A DNA stretch of 41,030 nucleotides from IMG/VR virus record IMGVR_UViG_2124908030_000007, one strand, 5' to 3'. This document shows, in pieces, positions 18,101 through 28,984 of this stretch. The position numbers and the translations under genes are program-made. Within the stretch, counting starts at the first letter, position 1, and each line of letters starts with the position of its first letter. The stretch is from an uncultured virus (IMG/VR IMGVR_UViG_2124908030_000007) (taxonomy: Duplodnaviria; Heunggongvirae; Uroviricota; Caudoviricetes). The notes under the pieces are model-generated. The model did not search any database and was not told where the DNA came from. It was given only the letters and a program-made list of their open reading frames with translations.

Positions 18101-19558
18101 ATGGTAACAAACTATGGAAGTTTCCCCGGTGTAAGAGTTGAGGTCGGTAGTGGCGGGATTACGTCTGTCTCTATCGGTGAGCAAGAGAAACTTGTTATCT
18201 TCGGAGAACCAGACTATGCTAATGACAGCACTATTACAGGTGACGGTGACGCTGATTCATTAGATTCAAGCGCGTCAGGTTCGTTCGAGGATCCGACAAG
18301 TATCAATGCTCGTCGAGAGGCAGACCAGTTCTTCGGTTCCAATTCACAGTTGGCTCGCTCGATGCGAGACGCTATTTCGGAAGGTGCTAACATCGACTAC
18401 CTGTACGGTGTCGCTCCTGTTCGTTATAACGTGGCTGGAGAGATTCATTCGTCACAATCTGGCACTCTCTCTAACGCACCACTTTGGGAAGAGGATGTAT
18501 CGGACGACGCGAACATCGCGTCACTTCAAGTAAAAGACACGGGTGCGGGAACAGTTGACAACGTTCGGTACACGTATGAGCCACAACCGACTGCTCCAAG
18601 TGACTCAGAGACAGTTGTCGTGAATCCCCACACAGGAGAGTTTGCAGGAGACTCTGCTCCTGACAGCGAGTACGAATTTGACTACAAGTACGTTGACTGG
18701 ACTGGAGCATTGAATGCTACACCAGTCAGTAAGGTTGTCAATGAAAATGAGACAGGAATCTTTGCCGTGATGAACGAGTCCGATCTCGTAGCATCAGAAC
18801 TCGATTCTGTCGTGTCAGACCTTCGTAAAAACTACAAGCTCATTAATGGACTCTCCGGAGCAGAGCATAACGCGGCAGAGCTTGTACAAGACGATTCTGA
18901 CAATTACATCCGTCGAGATGCTCTCATTGACGCGATTAATTACGACGCTAGTACGGTTAACAATAGTGTCGATTCTGACTACTTCTTCAAACTCGCTCCT
19001 GTCCGTGAGGAGGGGACGAAGAACAACATTCTCGGTGGGGCAAGTGGCCTGTTCGCAGGAAACGAGATCAGTAACCCAATCTACAACGACCCGCTTGAGA
19101 ATGCTGGCACGCTAGAGCAGTCTCTCACAAAGACCCAAGGTGGGTACTTGCGAGATGAGAATGTTATCCCTGTTCGGCAGGCTGGTACTGTTCGTGTGAA
19201 GGATAATCTCTCTACTTCAAGTGCTGACGACGATCCTCAGACAAATGAGTGGGAGCGAGACTTCTGGCGTCGGAGGATTGTTGACCGTGTTATCCTCATC
19301 GCCAAACAGGTTGGTGACGAGGTTGTCGGAAATGTGAACGACCCTGATACACAGGGCAGAGCAGGACGGCTTATCCGAGCAGAGCTTCGGAATTTGGTTG
19401 ACGACAGGCTGCTTCAGCCTAACGGGAACGGTGAGACAAATTGGTTTGTTGACGTGTACCGCTCGTCTACGGATAAGGACGAAATCAAGATCGACCTTGG
19501 CGTTACGCCATACGGCATCGTGAAACGTGTTGAGACAACGGTTACGGTTGACAGATAG
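18101..19558 (+). CDS. Tail sheath protein
   Basis: N-terminal FPGVRVEV; EADQFFG..SQL; C-terminal RRIVDRV...V.GNVND...L..L.D..L...P.GIVKRV. Confidence 0.9.
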   Translation: MVTNYGSFPGVRVEVGSGGITSVSIGEQEKLVIFGEPDYANDSTITGDGDADSLDSSASGSFEDPTSINARREADQFFGSNSQLARSMRDAISEGANIDYLYGVAPVRYNVAGEIHSSQSGTLSNAPLWEEDVSDDANIASLQVKDTGAGTVDNVRYTYEPQPTAPSDSETVVVNPHTGEFAGDSAPDSEYEFDYKYVDWTGALNATPVSKVVNENETGIFAVMNESDLVASELDSVVSDLRKNYKLINGLSGAEHNAAELVQDDSDNYIRRDALIDAINYDASTVNNSVDSDYFFKLAPVREEGTKNNILGGASGLFAGNEISNPIYNDPLENAGTLEQSLTKTQGGYLRDENVIPVRQAGTVRVKDNLSTSSADDDPQTNEWERDFWRRRIVDRVILIAKQVGDEVVGNVNDPDTQGRAGRLIRAELRNLVDDRLLQPNGNGETNWFVDVYRSSTDKDEIKIDLGVTPYGIVKRVETTVTVDR

Positions 19559-19570
19559 AGGTACTAAATA

Positions 19571-20002
19571 ATGCCATTTGAATACAACGACAGTAAGAAA
19601 GAAACAGGAGTTGACGTTCGTCTGGAAGTGCCCGGAGTTGACGGGCAGGTTCCTGTCACTAACGTCTCTTTCTCAGAGGAAGCAGACACGAGTGAGGTTC
19701 AGTTTAACGACTCATACTCACAGGACATTGCCGTAACTGGTGTGACCTATTCTGGTTCCTTCGAGGTAGCAGGACGGAACAACGACCTTCGTGACGCCCT
19801 TTGGGGCAATGACACGGAGAACGAGGAACTGAACACAAGCCTTCCGGCATATGTCAGCAGCATTACCATCATCGATGGAGACGGTCGGGCATACGTTTTC
19901 ACCAACGTTATGGCCACCAGTCACTCGAAGGATGCGCCTGCTGATGATCGGACCACTGAGTCGTATGACTTCAGTGCCGAGAAACTCATCACAGAAGACT
20001 AG
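19571..20002 (+). CDS. Tail tube protein
   Basis: 143 aa after the sheath gene; YSGSFE and ESYDFSAE motifs. Confidence 0.8.
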   Translation: MPFEYNDSKKETGVDVRLEVPGVDGQVPVTNVSFSEEADTSEVQFNDSYSQDIAVTGVTYSGSFEVAGRNNDLRDALWGNDTENEELNTSLPAYVSSITIIDGDGRAYVFTNVMATSHSKDAPADDRTTESYDFSAEKLITED

Positions 20003-20129
20003 ATTGAAAGTACGGATGGTTGACACCATTCGATACAACTAGACCCCCATCGACACACCACTATTTATAGGGGAGTAAAGTTGAGTTATTGTCACATTGT
20101 GAAATCACCACCACTTAATTCAAACAACA

Positions 20130-20551
20130 ATGAACGAAAATACAGCGAACGAGTTTTACGAGCGGATTGTCGCAGGTACAGACTACGAGAAAGAAATTAC
20201 TCTCGACGACGGTAGCGGTCGTCCACTTGAGGGTGTTCGTATGAGTCCTGTCAACAAGCGTGTGTTGGCAGACGTTCTTCAGGCACTTCCAGAAGAGATG
20301 TTCGGTGCTGTCGAGGAAGCAGACAGCCCTGAAGAGGCAGAAGAGATGATTGAAGAACAAGGAGGCACCTCGCTTTCTTCGATGAGTAGTGACACTGTTG
20401 ACGCATTCGAGAAGCTGGCACGAGAGTCGCTTAGTCATCCTGAGCTAACGAACACTCAAATGACACAAATTGTTGGCGCTCTTGACTTTGGCCTCTTGTT
20501 CGAGCTTGGTGGTGAAATCATCGACATGAGCTTCTCTGAGGCCGGTGCCAT
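20130..20551 (+). CDS. Tail assembly chaperone (3'-partial)
   Basis: Acidic helical protein directly after the tube gene. Confidence 0.55.
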
Positions 20552-20571
20552 NNNNNNNNNNNNNNNNNNNN

Positions 20572-21036
20572 GTTGGGTTTCCTGAAGTCGTCCCGTTGGA
20601 CGGAGTGAAAATGCCTGACAGCAAACAACAACCAATGGGAGGAAACACATACGCAGTGTATAAAGTTACTCACTATCTAAATGGGGAAGACGGTTTCATG
20701 ACTGATATAGAAGTTGCTGGACTAACTGGGATAACAAAGAACGTACTCGATAAAGACATAGAAGACCTTCCAAAACAAGGTGGAGATGTTCGATTAGCTG
20801 ACAGTCAGATTGCCGAGAATGACTCAGAAAGCGATGCTCCAGAACCTTCAGACATCTCATTACTTGGGAATTTAGGAGGTAATAATGGTTCTTCAAACGA
20901 GACAGAAGACAGAAACAACACAGAATCTGAAGCTCCAGATTTAGGAGACATAACAGTATTTGGAAATAGAGATGATAGTGGCGAGGAAGCTCCAGACTTA
21001 GGAGATATTAGTCTATTTGGATTAGAAGATAACTAG
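20572..21036 (+). CDS. Baseplate hub/late-control D-like protein, C-terminal fragment, copy A
   Basis: VGFPEVVPLDGV...Y.VYKVTH.L...DGF.T homologous to the end of 27492-28962. Confidence 0.7.
   Translation, partial: VGFPEVVPLDGVKMPDSKQQPMGGNTYAVYKVTHYLNGEDGFMTDIEVAGLTGITKNVLDKDIEDLPKQGGDVRLADSQIAENDSESDAPEPSDISLLGNLGGNNGSSNETEDRNNTESEAPDLGDITVFGNRDDSGEEAPDLGDISLFGLEDN
20836..21021 (+). repeat. Three degenerate peptide repeats AP(E/D)xxDIxxxG
   Basis: APEPSDISLLG, APDLGDITVFG, APDLGDISLFG. Confidence 0.75.
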
Positions 21037-21041
21037 GAATA

Positions 21042-21812
21042 ATGACAGAATTTGAACGAAGACAAACGTCAGTAATTGACAAACGAATACGAGAAGACGT
21101 ATCGGCACCAAAAGTAGGCGTCGTTAATCAAGTGTACGAACACGCTGCTCCAGACGACGACTCGAACTTTGAGGTAGACGTAGTGTTTGACGGAGGTGTT
21201 TCAGAAGAAAAACAAGTTCCAGTACACACTGCCGGAAGTAGCAACATCACTCCACCAAAGAACGGAGATAAAATCCTTGTAATTTACCGAGAAGGAAATA
21301 CAAGCAACCCGATTGCTTTCGGGACAGGATTCTCAATTAGTGAACGTCCACCAACAGGACGTGCCGGGATGCACAGAAACGAGTTTGAGTCAGCATCGTC
21401 TCCACTCGGGTCAGGAAACCTGTACATCACAGGATACACGTCATACGACGGAAACGTCGCTTCAGAAGATAAACGGGAACTGAGTCCAGAAGAGTCTGTT
21501 GTACAACTAGCAAAACACGAGAATGGAAAGAACGTCGATCCGTTCGACTCAGACACAGCAAATGCTAAAGTCGAGATGTACGACTCTCCAAAAGAAGATA
21601 AAGCATGGATTTCTGTCGAGATAAATAAAGAAGACGGATCAGACTCTGACACGACTTGGGGGATGAAGTTCAACGTAAAAACAGGAGAGTGGAAGCTCGT
21701 CGGTCCAAGTGGTTTCGGGATCACATCAGACGGTTCAGGTAACTTCACATGGGAGCATAAGAGTATTGTCTTAGACGAAATAGACGGCGACACAGGGAGT
21801 TTGAGTCTATGA
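21042..21812 (+). CDS. Baseplate spike (gpV-like)
   Basis: OB-fold-like N-terminus (GVV..V...PP..GD.ILV.Y..G...PI..G); position in the baseplate cluster. Confidence 0.75.
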   Translation: MTEFERRQTSVIDKRIREDVSAPKVGVVNQVYEHAAPDDDSNFEVDVVFDGGVSEEKQVPVHTAGSSNITPPKNGDKILVIYREGNTSNPIAFGTGFSISERPPTGRAGMHRNEFESASSPLGSGNLYITGYTSYDGNVASEDKRELSPEESVVQLAKHENGKNVDPFDSDTANAKVEMYDSPKEDKAWISVEINKEDGSDSDTTWGMKFNVKTGEWKLVGPSGFGITSDGSGNFTWEHKSIVLDEIDGDTGSLSL

Positions 21813-22192
21813 CACTGCTCGTTACAGACGACAAGGACGGAACATCGTGTGAGGCCACAGGACACCCCTCATCGTGTACTGAGCCTGCTCCGGGTACAGT
21901 AGAAGACTCGTCACACGGAGTGGTAGTGAATGACGCCAATGGAAACGAGAAACCTCTTGCGACGACAGCATCAACACTTAGTTTCCCTTCACACGCTCAT
22001 AGCTATTCGGCAACCAAAGGATGTTTCGACGTACAATCACATAGTGTATCATCGTACAACTTCTCATCGTCGATTACAATAAACGGAGAAGATGTGTTGT
22101 CAAAAGTAAACAGTATCGCAACAGACCCCGGATCTGGTGGAGACATCAACATGGTCGGGTCTGGAATAAATAGCTCGATTCAAAAACAATGA
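21809..22192 (+). CDS. PAAR-like spike tip protein
   Basis: Small Cys/His protein (C..TGHP..C, SHAH, SSITING) directly after the spike gene. Confidence 0.6.
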   Translation: MTLLVTDDKDGTSCEATGHPSSCTEPAPGTVEDSSHGVVVNDANGNEKPLATTASTLSFPSHAHSYSATKGCFDVQSHSVSSYNFSSSITINGEDVLSKVNSIATDPGSGGDINMVGSGINSSIQKQ

Positions 22193-22196
22193 ATAG

Positions 22197-22213
22197 ACCG
22201 AAAGACTTAAGTG
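22197..22213 (+). promoter_or_regulatory. Archaeal BRE+TATA promoter
   Basis: ACCGAAAGACTTAAGTG. Confidence 0.65.
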
Positions 22214-22249
22214 TCTGTCTCAACATAATTAGTATGGGGGTTAAAAGGA

Positions 22250-22594
22250 ATGTCAGATAGGCTTGGGGGAGGAATTTATCTAGATAACCAGTTCGATTTC
22301 TCTGTCAGTACAACAGGTGATCTACGTTTTTCAAATGGTGTAAATGAATTACAAAAGGACTTATCCTTTATAATGGTTATAATACTAGATGAATACATCG
22401 GGAAAGGTCCATCTGACAACTTAGAGACAAAGATTCTTTCAACAGCATCTGAAATAGCAAAGGCTGACACAAGAGTCACACGAGTGAATGAAGGAAAGAG
22501 TTCAGTTGAGTTCGATCCACAGGAACAAACAATAATGCTAGAATTACTAGTAGAGACATTTGACGGAGAACAGGCTCTGGTGTTTGAAGTATGA
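22250..22594 (+). CDS. Baseplate wedge/sheath initiator (gp25/gpW-like)
   Basis: GDL....G..ELQ.DL...D.RV..V pattern; precedes baseplate J. Confidence 0.7.
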   Translation: MSDRLGGGIYLDNQFDFSVSTTGDLRFSNGVNELQKDLSFIMVIILDEYIGKGPSDNLETKILSTASEIAKADTRVTRVNEGKSSVEFDPQEQTIMLELLVETFDGEQALVFEV

Positions 22595-24492
22595 CACACT
22601 CACCGAGAAGTACAGAAGAGATATACGAGTCAATTCGAGACTCGCTAACTGGTAGTATAACAAAATTAACAAACTTTACTGATCGTTCATTTAATTATCT
22701 TTGGACTCAAGCATTCTCTCAACAAGTTAGAGAGTTAGAAGTCCAGACAACGGTGGCTGAACTTGCTGGATGGGTTAACTTCTCTGGTAAAGAGATAGAT
22801 GAAAACGATCTTGAGAGGTTAGGAGTTAGTGATAACCTCTCGCCTAGTGAAGTTAATGAATACATGGATGATCAGTATCTCGATAATCTTGTCGAGATCG
22901 TTGGAGTAGAAAGGAACGAAGGTATCAAAGCAACAGGAACGGTAACATTTAACACACAATCAAGCCTAACAGAAATACCAGAAGGAACTGTGGTTACAAC
23001 ACAACCAGACTCAAGTGGGAACACAATTGACTTTGAAACAACACAAACCGTTGAGACTATCGACGGACAAACACAAGTAACTGATGTCCCCATTAAAGCA
23101 GTTGAGTCTGGACCCGACTCAAATGTTCCTGCTGACACGATTGTGAGAGTCGCGTATCCACCAATTGGTGTTCAAGGTGTAAACAATCCCGAATCTACAA
23201 CTGGGGGAACTGATAGAGAAACAAACGAAGAACTTCGAAAACGTTCTAAACAGGCACTTCAGTCAGCGGGTCTTGGTGGAACGACTCAAGGAATCGAAGG
23301 ATATATTCAACAAGAAATTGAAGCAGTACGAGAAGGTGATGTTGAAATAGAGGAGTTTACTGATCAATCACCTGTCTTCGTTGACGTGATTGTTGACGGG
23401 GGTATTGACAGTAATGTCAAAGAAGCGATTGAATTTTCTCGCCCCACAGGTATTAGACATAACCTCGTGCGACCAGAGATCATTCAATTAGGATTTAATA
23501 TCGATGTTCGTGGGAGTGGAATTGACACAGACTTTGTACGTGAGTCTGTTGAAGATAAATTACTTTCTCTCGGGATTGGAGACAACTTCTACGAGGATGA
23601 GCTTATTCGTTCTGTAATGGAATCAGACGATGGTATAATCAACATCGATAATCTTGGTGGTTTGATTGAGCGTGTCACAGGAGAAGAGTTTACATTTAGT
23701 GATTCTCAGTCTGAATATCGACTCGACTATACTTACGAGAGTACTAATGGCTCAATTACAATCGAAGACGATTCAGAAAGTGGAGGCTCATACGTTGAAG
23801 GGACAGACTTTACTGTAAATGATCAGTCAGGAGACGGTCATCCTGAAACAATTGTGTGGACAGGTGTTACTCCAAATGATGGACAAAAATTCTTTGTAAG
23901 TTATGACGTTACTGTCCCCGGACAAACACCAGAAAGTGACTTTTACGATTCAGATCTTGTTCGGGATGAGGCGTTTACTTTCCAAGAAAACGTTTCTGAA
24001 TCGTTCACGTATGAGGCTGGAAACGAGCAGTATTTCTTAGAAAATGTTCCGTTTGACAATAGTACTTCTATTACTGACAGTAATAGCAATACGTTCACAG
24101 AAGGAACAGACTACGACATTGTAGACAATACAGGAAACGGGTTTGCTCAAACTGTAGACTGGACTATCGGTGGATCGACTCCGGCAGACAATGCTGATTT
24201 CACAATAACGTACAACAAGAAAGTGTATCAAACGGAGTACGAGCATCGTGATACACCACTCGGAATAATTAGAGACTTTTCAGGTGACACGTATAATCAA
24301 GACACTGAGTACACGACAATAGACTACAAGCCAGAAGATGACGAGAAGGATGCTATCGAATGGCTCACCAATCCGTCAACGTTGAACGATGATGAGGAGT
24401 TCTTCTTTACGTATCTCACAGAAGGAGACGTGTTCTTGAGTAATCGGGAGAAAGCAGATCCCGGTACAATAACAATCAATCAAACTAACTAA
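22591..24492 (+). CDS. Baseplate J-like wedge protein with extra repeated beta-domains
   Basis: LD.L..IVGVER..G.KATGTVTF, IPEGTVV, A...G...NV.A.TI, GGTDRET.EELR.R motifs. Confidence 0.9.
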   Translation: MTHSPRSTEEIYESIRDSLTGSITKLTNFTDRSFNYLWTQAFSQQVRELEVQTTVAELAGWVNFSGKEIDENDLERLGVSDNLSPSEVNEYMDDQYLDNLVEIVGVERNEGIKATGTVTFNTQSSLTEIPEGTVVTTQPDSSGNTIDFETTQTVETIDGQTQVTDVPIKAVESGPDSNVPADTIVRVAYPPIGVQGVNNPESTTGGTDRETNEELRKRSKQALQSAGLGGTTQGIEGYIQQEIEAVREGDVEIEEFTDQSPVFVDVIVDGGIDSNVKEAIEFSRPTGIRHNLVRPEIIQLGFNIDVRGSGIDTDFVRESVEDKLLSLGIGDNFYEDELIRSVMESDDGIINIDNLGGLIERVTGEEFTFSDSQSEYRLDYTYESTNGSITIEDDSESGGSYVEGTDFTVNDQSGDGHPETIVWTGVTPNDGQKFFVSYDVTVPGQTPESDFYDSDLVRDEAFTFQENVSESFTYEAGNEQYFLENVPFDNSTSITDSNSNTFTEGTDYDIVDNTGNGFAQTVDWTIGGSTPADNADFTITYNKKVYQTEYEHRDTPLGIIRDFSGDTYNQDTEYTTIDYKPEDDEKDAIEWLTNPSTLNDDEEFFFTYLTEGDVFLSNREKADPGTITINQTN

Positions 24493-25448
24493 TGGCTACT
24501 GATTATACACCAAGACTACCTGAAATTTTTCCACAAGGAGAAATACGGGTAAAGGATGAGGACTTCTCATACGATGTGACAGAAACGTCCAGTGGTAGCT
24601 TTATTGAGAAAACAGAATACGTACTAGATAAAGCACCAATCAACGCAATTGATCAAGTAGTTGGTACAGTAAATGGACGTGAGTACACATTCTCACCGGG
24701 AGAAGATTATAAGCTTTCAGACGATAAAGAGAGGATCGTTTGGTTGAGTGATTCAACAGAACGACCAGACTATGAGACAACGTTTTATGTCACGTATCGT
24801 TGTGAGTCGATTATTTCTCGATACATCGCTCCAGCAGTAGATCAGTTTGAAACAGTTGATGACGAACTATCTGCTGCCATTGAGTCAAAGTTTATCGACA
24901 CAGCAGAAGGGAGCGAACTTGACAGAATTGGTGAACTATTCGGTGTTCTCGGGAAACGAAGAGGTCGAGACGACACACAGTACAGATTGTTCTTAAAGTC
25001 TGCTGCTCGTTCGTTTGTTTCACGAGGAACTGTGTCATCGATAAAGATGGCTGTTTCTGCCGCGACAGATGTTCCTATTGAAGACATTACCATAAACGAG
25101 AACTTTGAAAACTCAACATACGAGCTTGTTGTGATTCCTAATACACCTGTACGGAGTTCAGTTCTTGATCAAATCACTGAAATAGCTGACCCGTCAGGTG
25201 TAGAAAAGTCTCGTTCTCGGTTCACGTTAGACGACGAGAACGTGACAATAGACGACGAGGTTCTAAGAATCAAAGAAGGTTCAGCAAGACAACTATTAGA
25301 AGAAGTACAGCAGTCTGACAGTGTTTCAGTTAACCAGAACGTCTTCTCTCAACAGGATGATATTGGTTCACAAGATTCTATTGACACAATCACAATACAA
25401 AGTGTTGCGTGGGATGATTCAGATTGGGACACTTCAGACTGGGCATAA
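24492..25448 (+). CDS. Baseplate wedge protein (gpI-like)
   Basis: IDTAEG.ELD.IG.LFG...R....D..YR..L and RGT...I motifs. Confidence 0.75.
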   Translation: MATDYTPRLPEIFPQGEIRVKDEDFSYDVTETSSGSFIEKTEYVLDKAPINAIDQVVGTVNGREYTFSPGEDYKLSDDKERIVWLSDSTERPDYETTFYVTYRCESIISRYIAPAVDQFETVDDELSAAIESKFIDTAEGSELDRIGELFGVLGKRRGRDDTQYRLFLKSAARSFVSRGTVSSIKMAVSAATDVPIEDITINENFENSTYELVVIPNTPVRSSVLDQITEIADPSGVEKSRSRFTLDDENVTIDDEVLRIKEGSARQLLEEVQQSDSVSVNQNVFSQQDDIGSQDSIDTITIQSVAWDDSDWDTSDWA

Positions 25449-25488
25449 CCGAAAGATTTAATACCTGCNNNNNNNNNNNNNNNNNNNN

Positions 25489-27049
25489 TACACTACAATT
25501 GGGAGTCTTTCTGTTAACATTGGTCCGTTCAACTTGCTCTTGAGACTTCTTGACACAAGTGCCAGCAATTCTAACTGGTATTGGTTCAATTATTGCTGTT
25601 ATCGGTTCACTGATTACAGCATTCGTCACACTCGGTGCCGTGTCAGGAGCAGTACTCGCTGGAGGAGCTTTAGCCTTCTTCCAAGAAGCTAGTAACGACT
25701 TTGAAGACACACAAGAAGCGATAGAGCAAATGACGGCTGCTCTAAGAGATCTGTTCTTAGAAGCAGTTCAGCCGCTTATGACTGATGCGAATATGGATCT
25801 ATTCATTTCTACGATTAATTCCGCTGCTGATATTGTCAACAGGTTCGCTCAATTTGCTCAAATGATGAGAGGTACAGTTCTTGATGCTCTCGGTGATGTC
25901 GAAGGAGATGTTGACAATTTCTTCACAGCAATGAAGTTTGCGTTTGTTGAGCTTGAGCCTATCATTATTGGAATAATTAATTTCTTAACTCGTGATCTCC
26001 CTGTTATTATTGTCAGACTAGCAGAGTTAACGAGAAAACTTAGTGATGATCTTACAATGCTAGTTCTTGTTTTCGGTGCTTTACTTGATCAGCTTCTTGA
26101 ATTTTCAAGCACAGTTCTAGCAGGAGTTGCTCCAGTGGTAGTCATCCTTGTTGATGTTCTAATTGCGCTATTTGGAATAATTAATCTTTTACCTCCTGCT
26201 CTTGTTGCTGGTGCTATCGCAGGATTTCTTTTTGCTCTAGCAGTAGCAAAATTGGCAATATCGCTTACTGGTCTGGCACAAGTGCTAGAGTCAACAGAAG
26301 ATGAATTAGAAGATCAATCTAGAGCAGCAATAATAGCGTCAGGAGCTTACACAAAGCTAACAGCGACAGTAAAAGCGTATGCTGCTGGACAGATAGGTCT
26401 TATAGGTATATTGAAAAATTCAGTATACTGGTTGGGTGGTGCGTTGAGAAGTGCCTACAACGCAGTAACTATTTCAACACTACGTAGTACTTTCGCGGCA
26501 AAGTTGTTGAAAAGAACATATCTTAATCTTATATCTGCAATTAAAAGAGTCCTTGCGTTCTTAGGCTTAAAGTCTGCTGTTATGACAGTTTATACAACAA
26601 TTATGTCAGCGGCAACAAGTATTACGACTGCATTTGCTATTGCTTTGAACACATCATTAAGTCCTGTGTACATAGCTATCGGTATTATTGGTGTTCTAGT
26701 TGCTGTTATAGGTCTTTTAGTTGGAGCATTTGGTGCAATTGTAAACTTCTTTACTGGTACTAATATATTTGCTCCAATAATTGAAGGTGGTAAAAAAGCA
26801 ATTAGCGTAATTAAAAGACTTATAAAATTCCTAAACCCATTCTCAGGACTCGGTGGCGCAATGAGCATGGACCCAAGCGTTGATGATATTCAAACAAATT
26901 CACAAGTTGATTTAAGTTTCCAAGAAAACATGGAACAAAAAGTTGACGTTCAGGCTGATCCTGAAGAAAAGGCACAACTTAGCAGAGTTACGAAAGATGC
27001 AATTGAGGAGGCAAACTCCTTCGCTCGTCAAAGACAAGGTACACAATAA
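25489..27049 (+). CDS. Tape measure protein, C-terminal part, copy B (5'-partial)
   Basis: Homologous to 5306-6853. Confidence 0.8.
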
Positions 27050-27495
27050 TGCCAATAGAAAACGCATATCAAGATAATCACGTATCGTTCGAGATAGCCA
27101 ATATTGAGTGGGACGAAGATTACGATCCTACGTTCAGTGGTGACATTGAATTTGAGTACAAGTCGCCAGCAATCTCTGTTGACACGTCTGGTCGATTTAA
27201 AACACACGAAATTATTGGTGGAACAACTGTGAGACAAAAGATTGGAGATGATCCAATTGAGGTAAGTGTTAACGGAGTTTGTAAAGAAAGTACAGCAAAG
27301 AAATTAGATGAGCTACGTAATGCTTCGTATGGTGTAATACTGACTAACAGACTCCCTAACGACTTCTTACGTGTACAGTTTGCCTCAACATCTACAAGTC
27401 CTATGGACGATGCTGGTGCTGTGGCTATATCAGATCAACAGAGTGAGTTCTTGTACAACTTTACTCTGTCGGCTGTCGAAGTAGAGGTACTATGA
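27049..27495 (+). CDS. Tail tube initiator (gpU-like)
   Basis: H.IIGG..V.Q.IG.D...V.V.G; follows the tape measure gene. Confidence 0.7.
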   Translation: MPIENAYQDNHVSFEIANIEWDEDYDPTFSGDIEFEYKSPAISVDTSGRFKTHEIIGGTTVRQKIGDDPIEVSVNGVCKESTAKKLDELRNASYGVILTNRLPNDFLRVQFASTSTSPMDDAGAVAISDQQSEFLYNFTLSAVEVEVL

Positions 27496-28962
27496 CTCAG
27501 GTAATCAATGATTCTGTATCGACAAATCTCATAATCGGAGGCGAAGAGTGGTATGTCTCTGAAGCGATTGTTGAACGCTCTCGAATGGAGTCACCAGACT
27601 ATGTTGATATGATTATTGTACCACAAGAAAAAGCAAGAGATCAAATAGCTCGAAAGGCGACAACAGTTGAGTCATTGATTGGAGAGCCATTCGAGCTACG
27701 TGTTGAAAACTTTCTTACAAGCCGTCGTAGGACTTCGGCAAATAAGGACAACTTACTATTTACAGGAAAGTTAGCAAATATTTCTCCAATAGGAGATAAC
27801 TCATACGAGGCGAGAGCATACGATCCAAGTCAACAAGCATTTGCTGAAGGAGCAGAAGAAGGTGGTGGTTTGATGAACACATATGTTGAAGTATCTTCTC
27901 CTTCGTTTCAGTATGACGCTAGATTGTACACACAAGATAAAGGGACTCAATACGAAGTTCCAACAATAAAGGCACAAAAAGTTGTAGAACGAGCAGCAGA
28001 CGCTCTTAGTATCCCTGAATCAGAAAGAAATATTGAATTACAAGAAGGAGGGATAGAAGTTAATGGAGAAAAGTACGCCTACAACAGAAATATGAAGTTT
28101 GATAAGTATAGAGTAACTGTTAAAAAGGCTCTTGACAAAGTACGAAAAGCTACCAATAGTGAGTGGTGGTTTGACAAAACTGGTGTCTTTAATTTTGGTG
28201 TTCCAAATCCTACGAAACACGAATTACAATATATTACAGAAGCTAGTGCTGGAAAGAAATCTCCAGCATATCAATCAGTAATTGTAATCGGCTCAGGGTC
28301 TGCTTCTTCATCTGGATACGAGCAGACTAACTTGGATGTAGAAGACAAAATTGTCAAAAGTGCTAATCTTACCATAAAAGAAAATGACAAAGGTGAGCAA
28401 ACTGTTGATTTTGTCGAAACAGTCACTCCAGAAAATCTAAACGAACCAACATTTGAATACAGAAATCTTGAAATAAGTACTGACGAACAAGCTAAAAGCA
28501 CTCTTAAAACTATTTGTGAAGACCTCGGCGAACAACAAGCAGATGGAAAAATAACTGTTGTTGGTTTTCCTGAAGTTGTTCCATTAGATGGAGTAAAGAT
28601 GCCTGATTCAAAACAACAGCCGATGGGAGGAAACACATACGGTGTGTATAAGGTAACTCACTTCCTTAACGGACAAGATGGTTTTACAACAGAAATATCA
28701 GTGTCCGGAGTTACTGGAGTAACAAAGAGAGTAGTTGAAGAAGATATAGAAAATCTTCCGAAACAAGGAGGAGATGTTCGTTTGGCTAATGATCCAATTA
28801 GTCAAGCTGAACAGGAAGCTCAGGCTGAACAGAGACAAGAAGAAATTGAGAACAGAGGACCATTTGAGATCCCGAACATCAAAGATACGTTTAACCCAAT
28901 AAATATTGGCGGAGGCGATGAAGAAGACAATGAATACGGGACTGAAGAAACAAACCTCGGAG
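27492..28962 (+). CDS. Baseplate hub/late-control D-like protein, copy B (3'-partial)
   Basis: LFTG.L, EWWFD..G.F.FG and G.P...P..G...Y.V.KVTH motifs. Confidence 0.75.
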
Positions 28963-28984
28963 NNNNNNNNNNNNNNNNNNNNCA

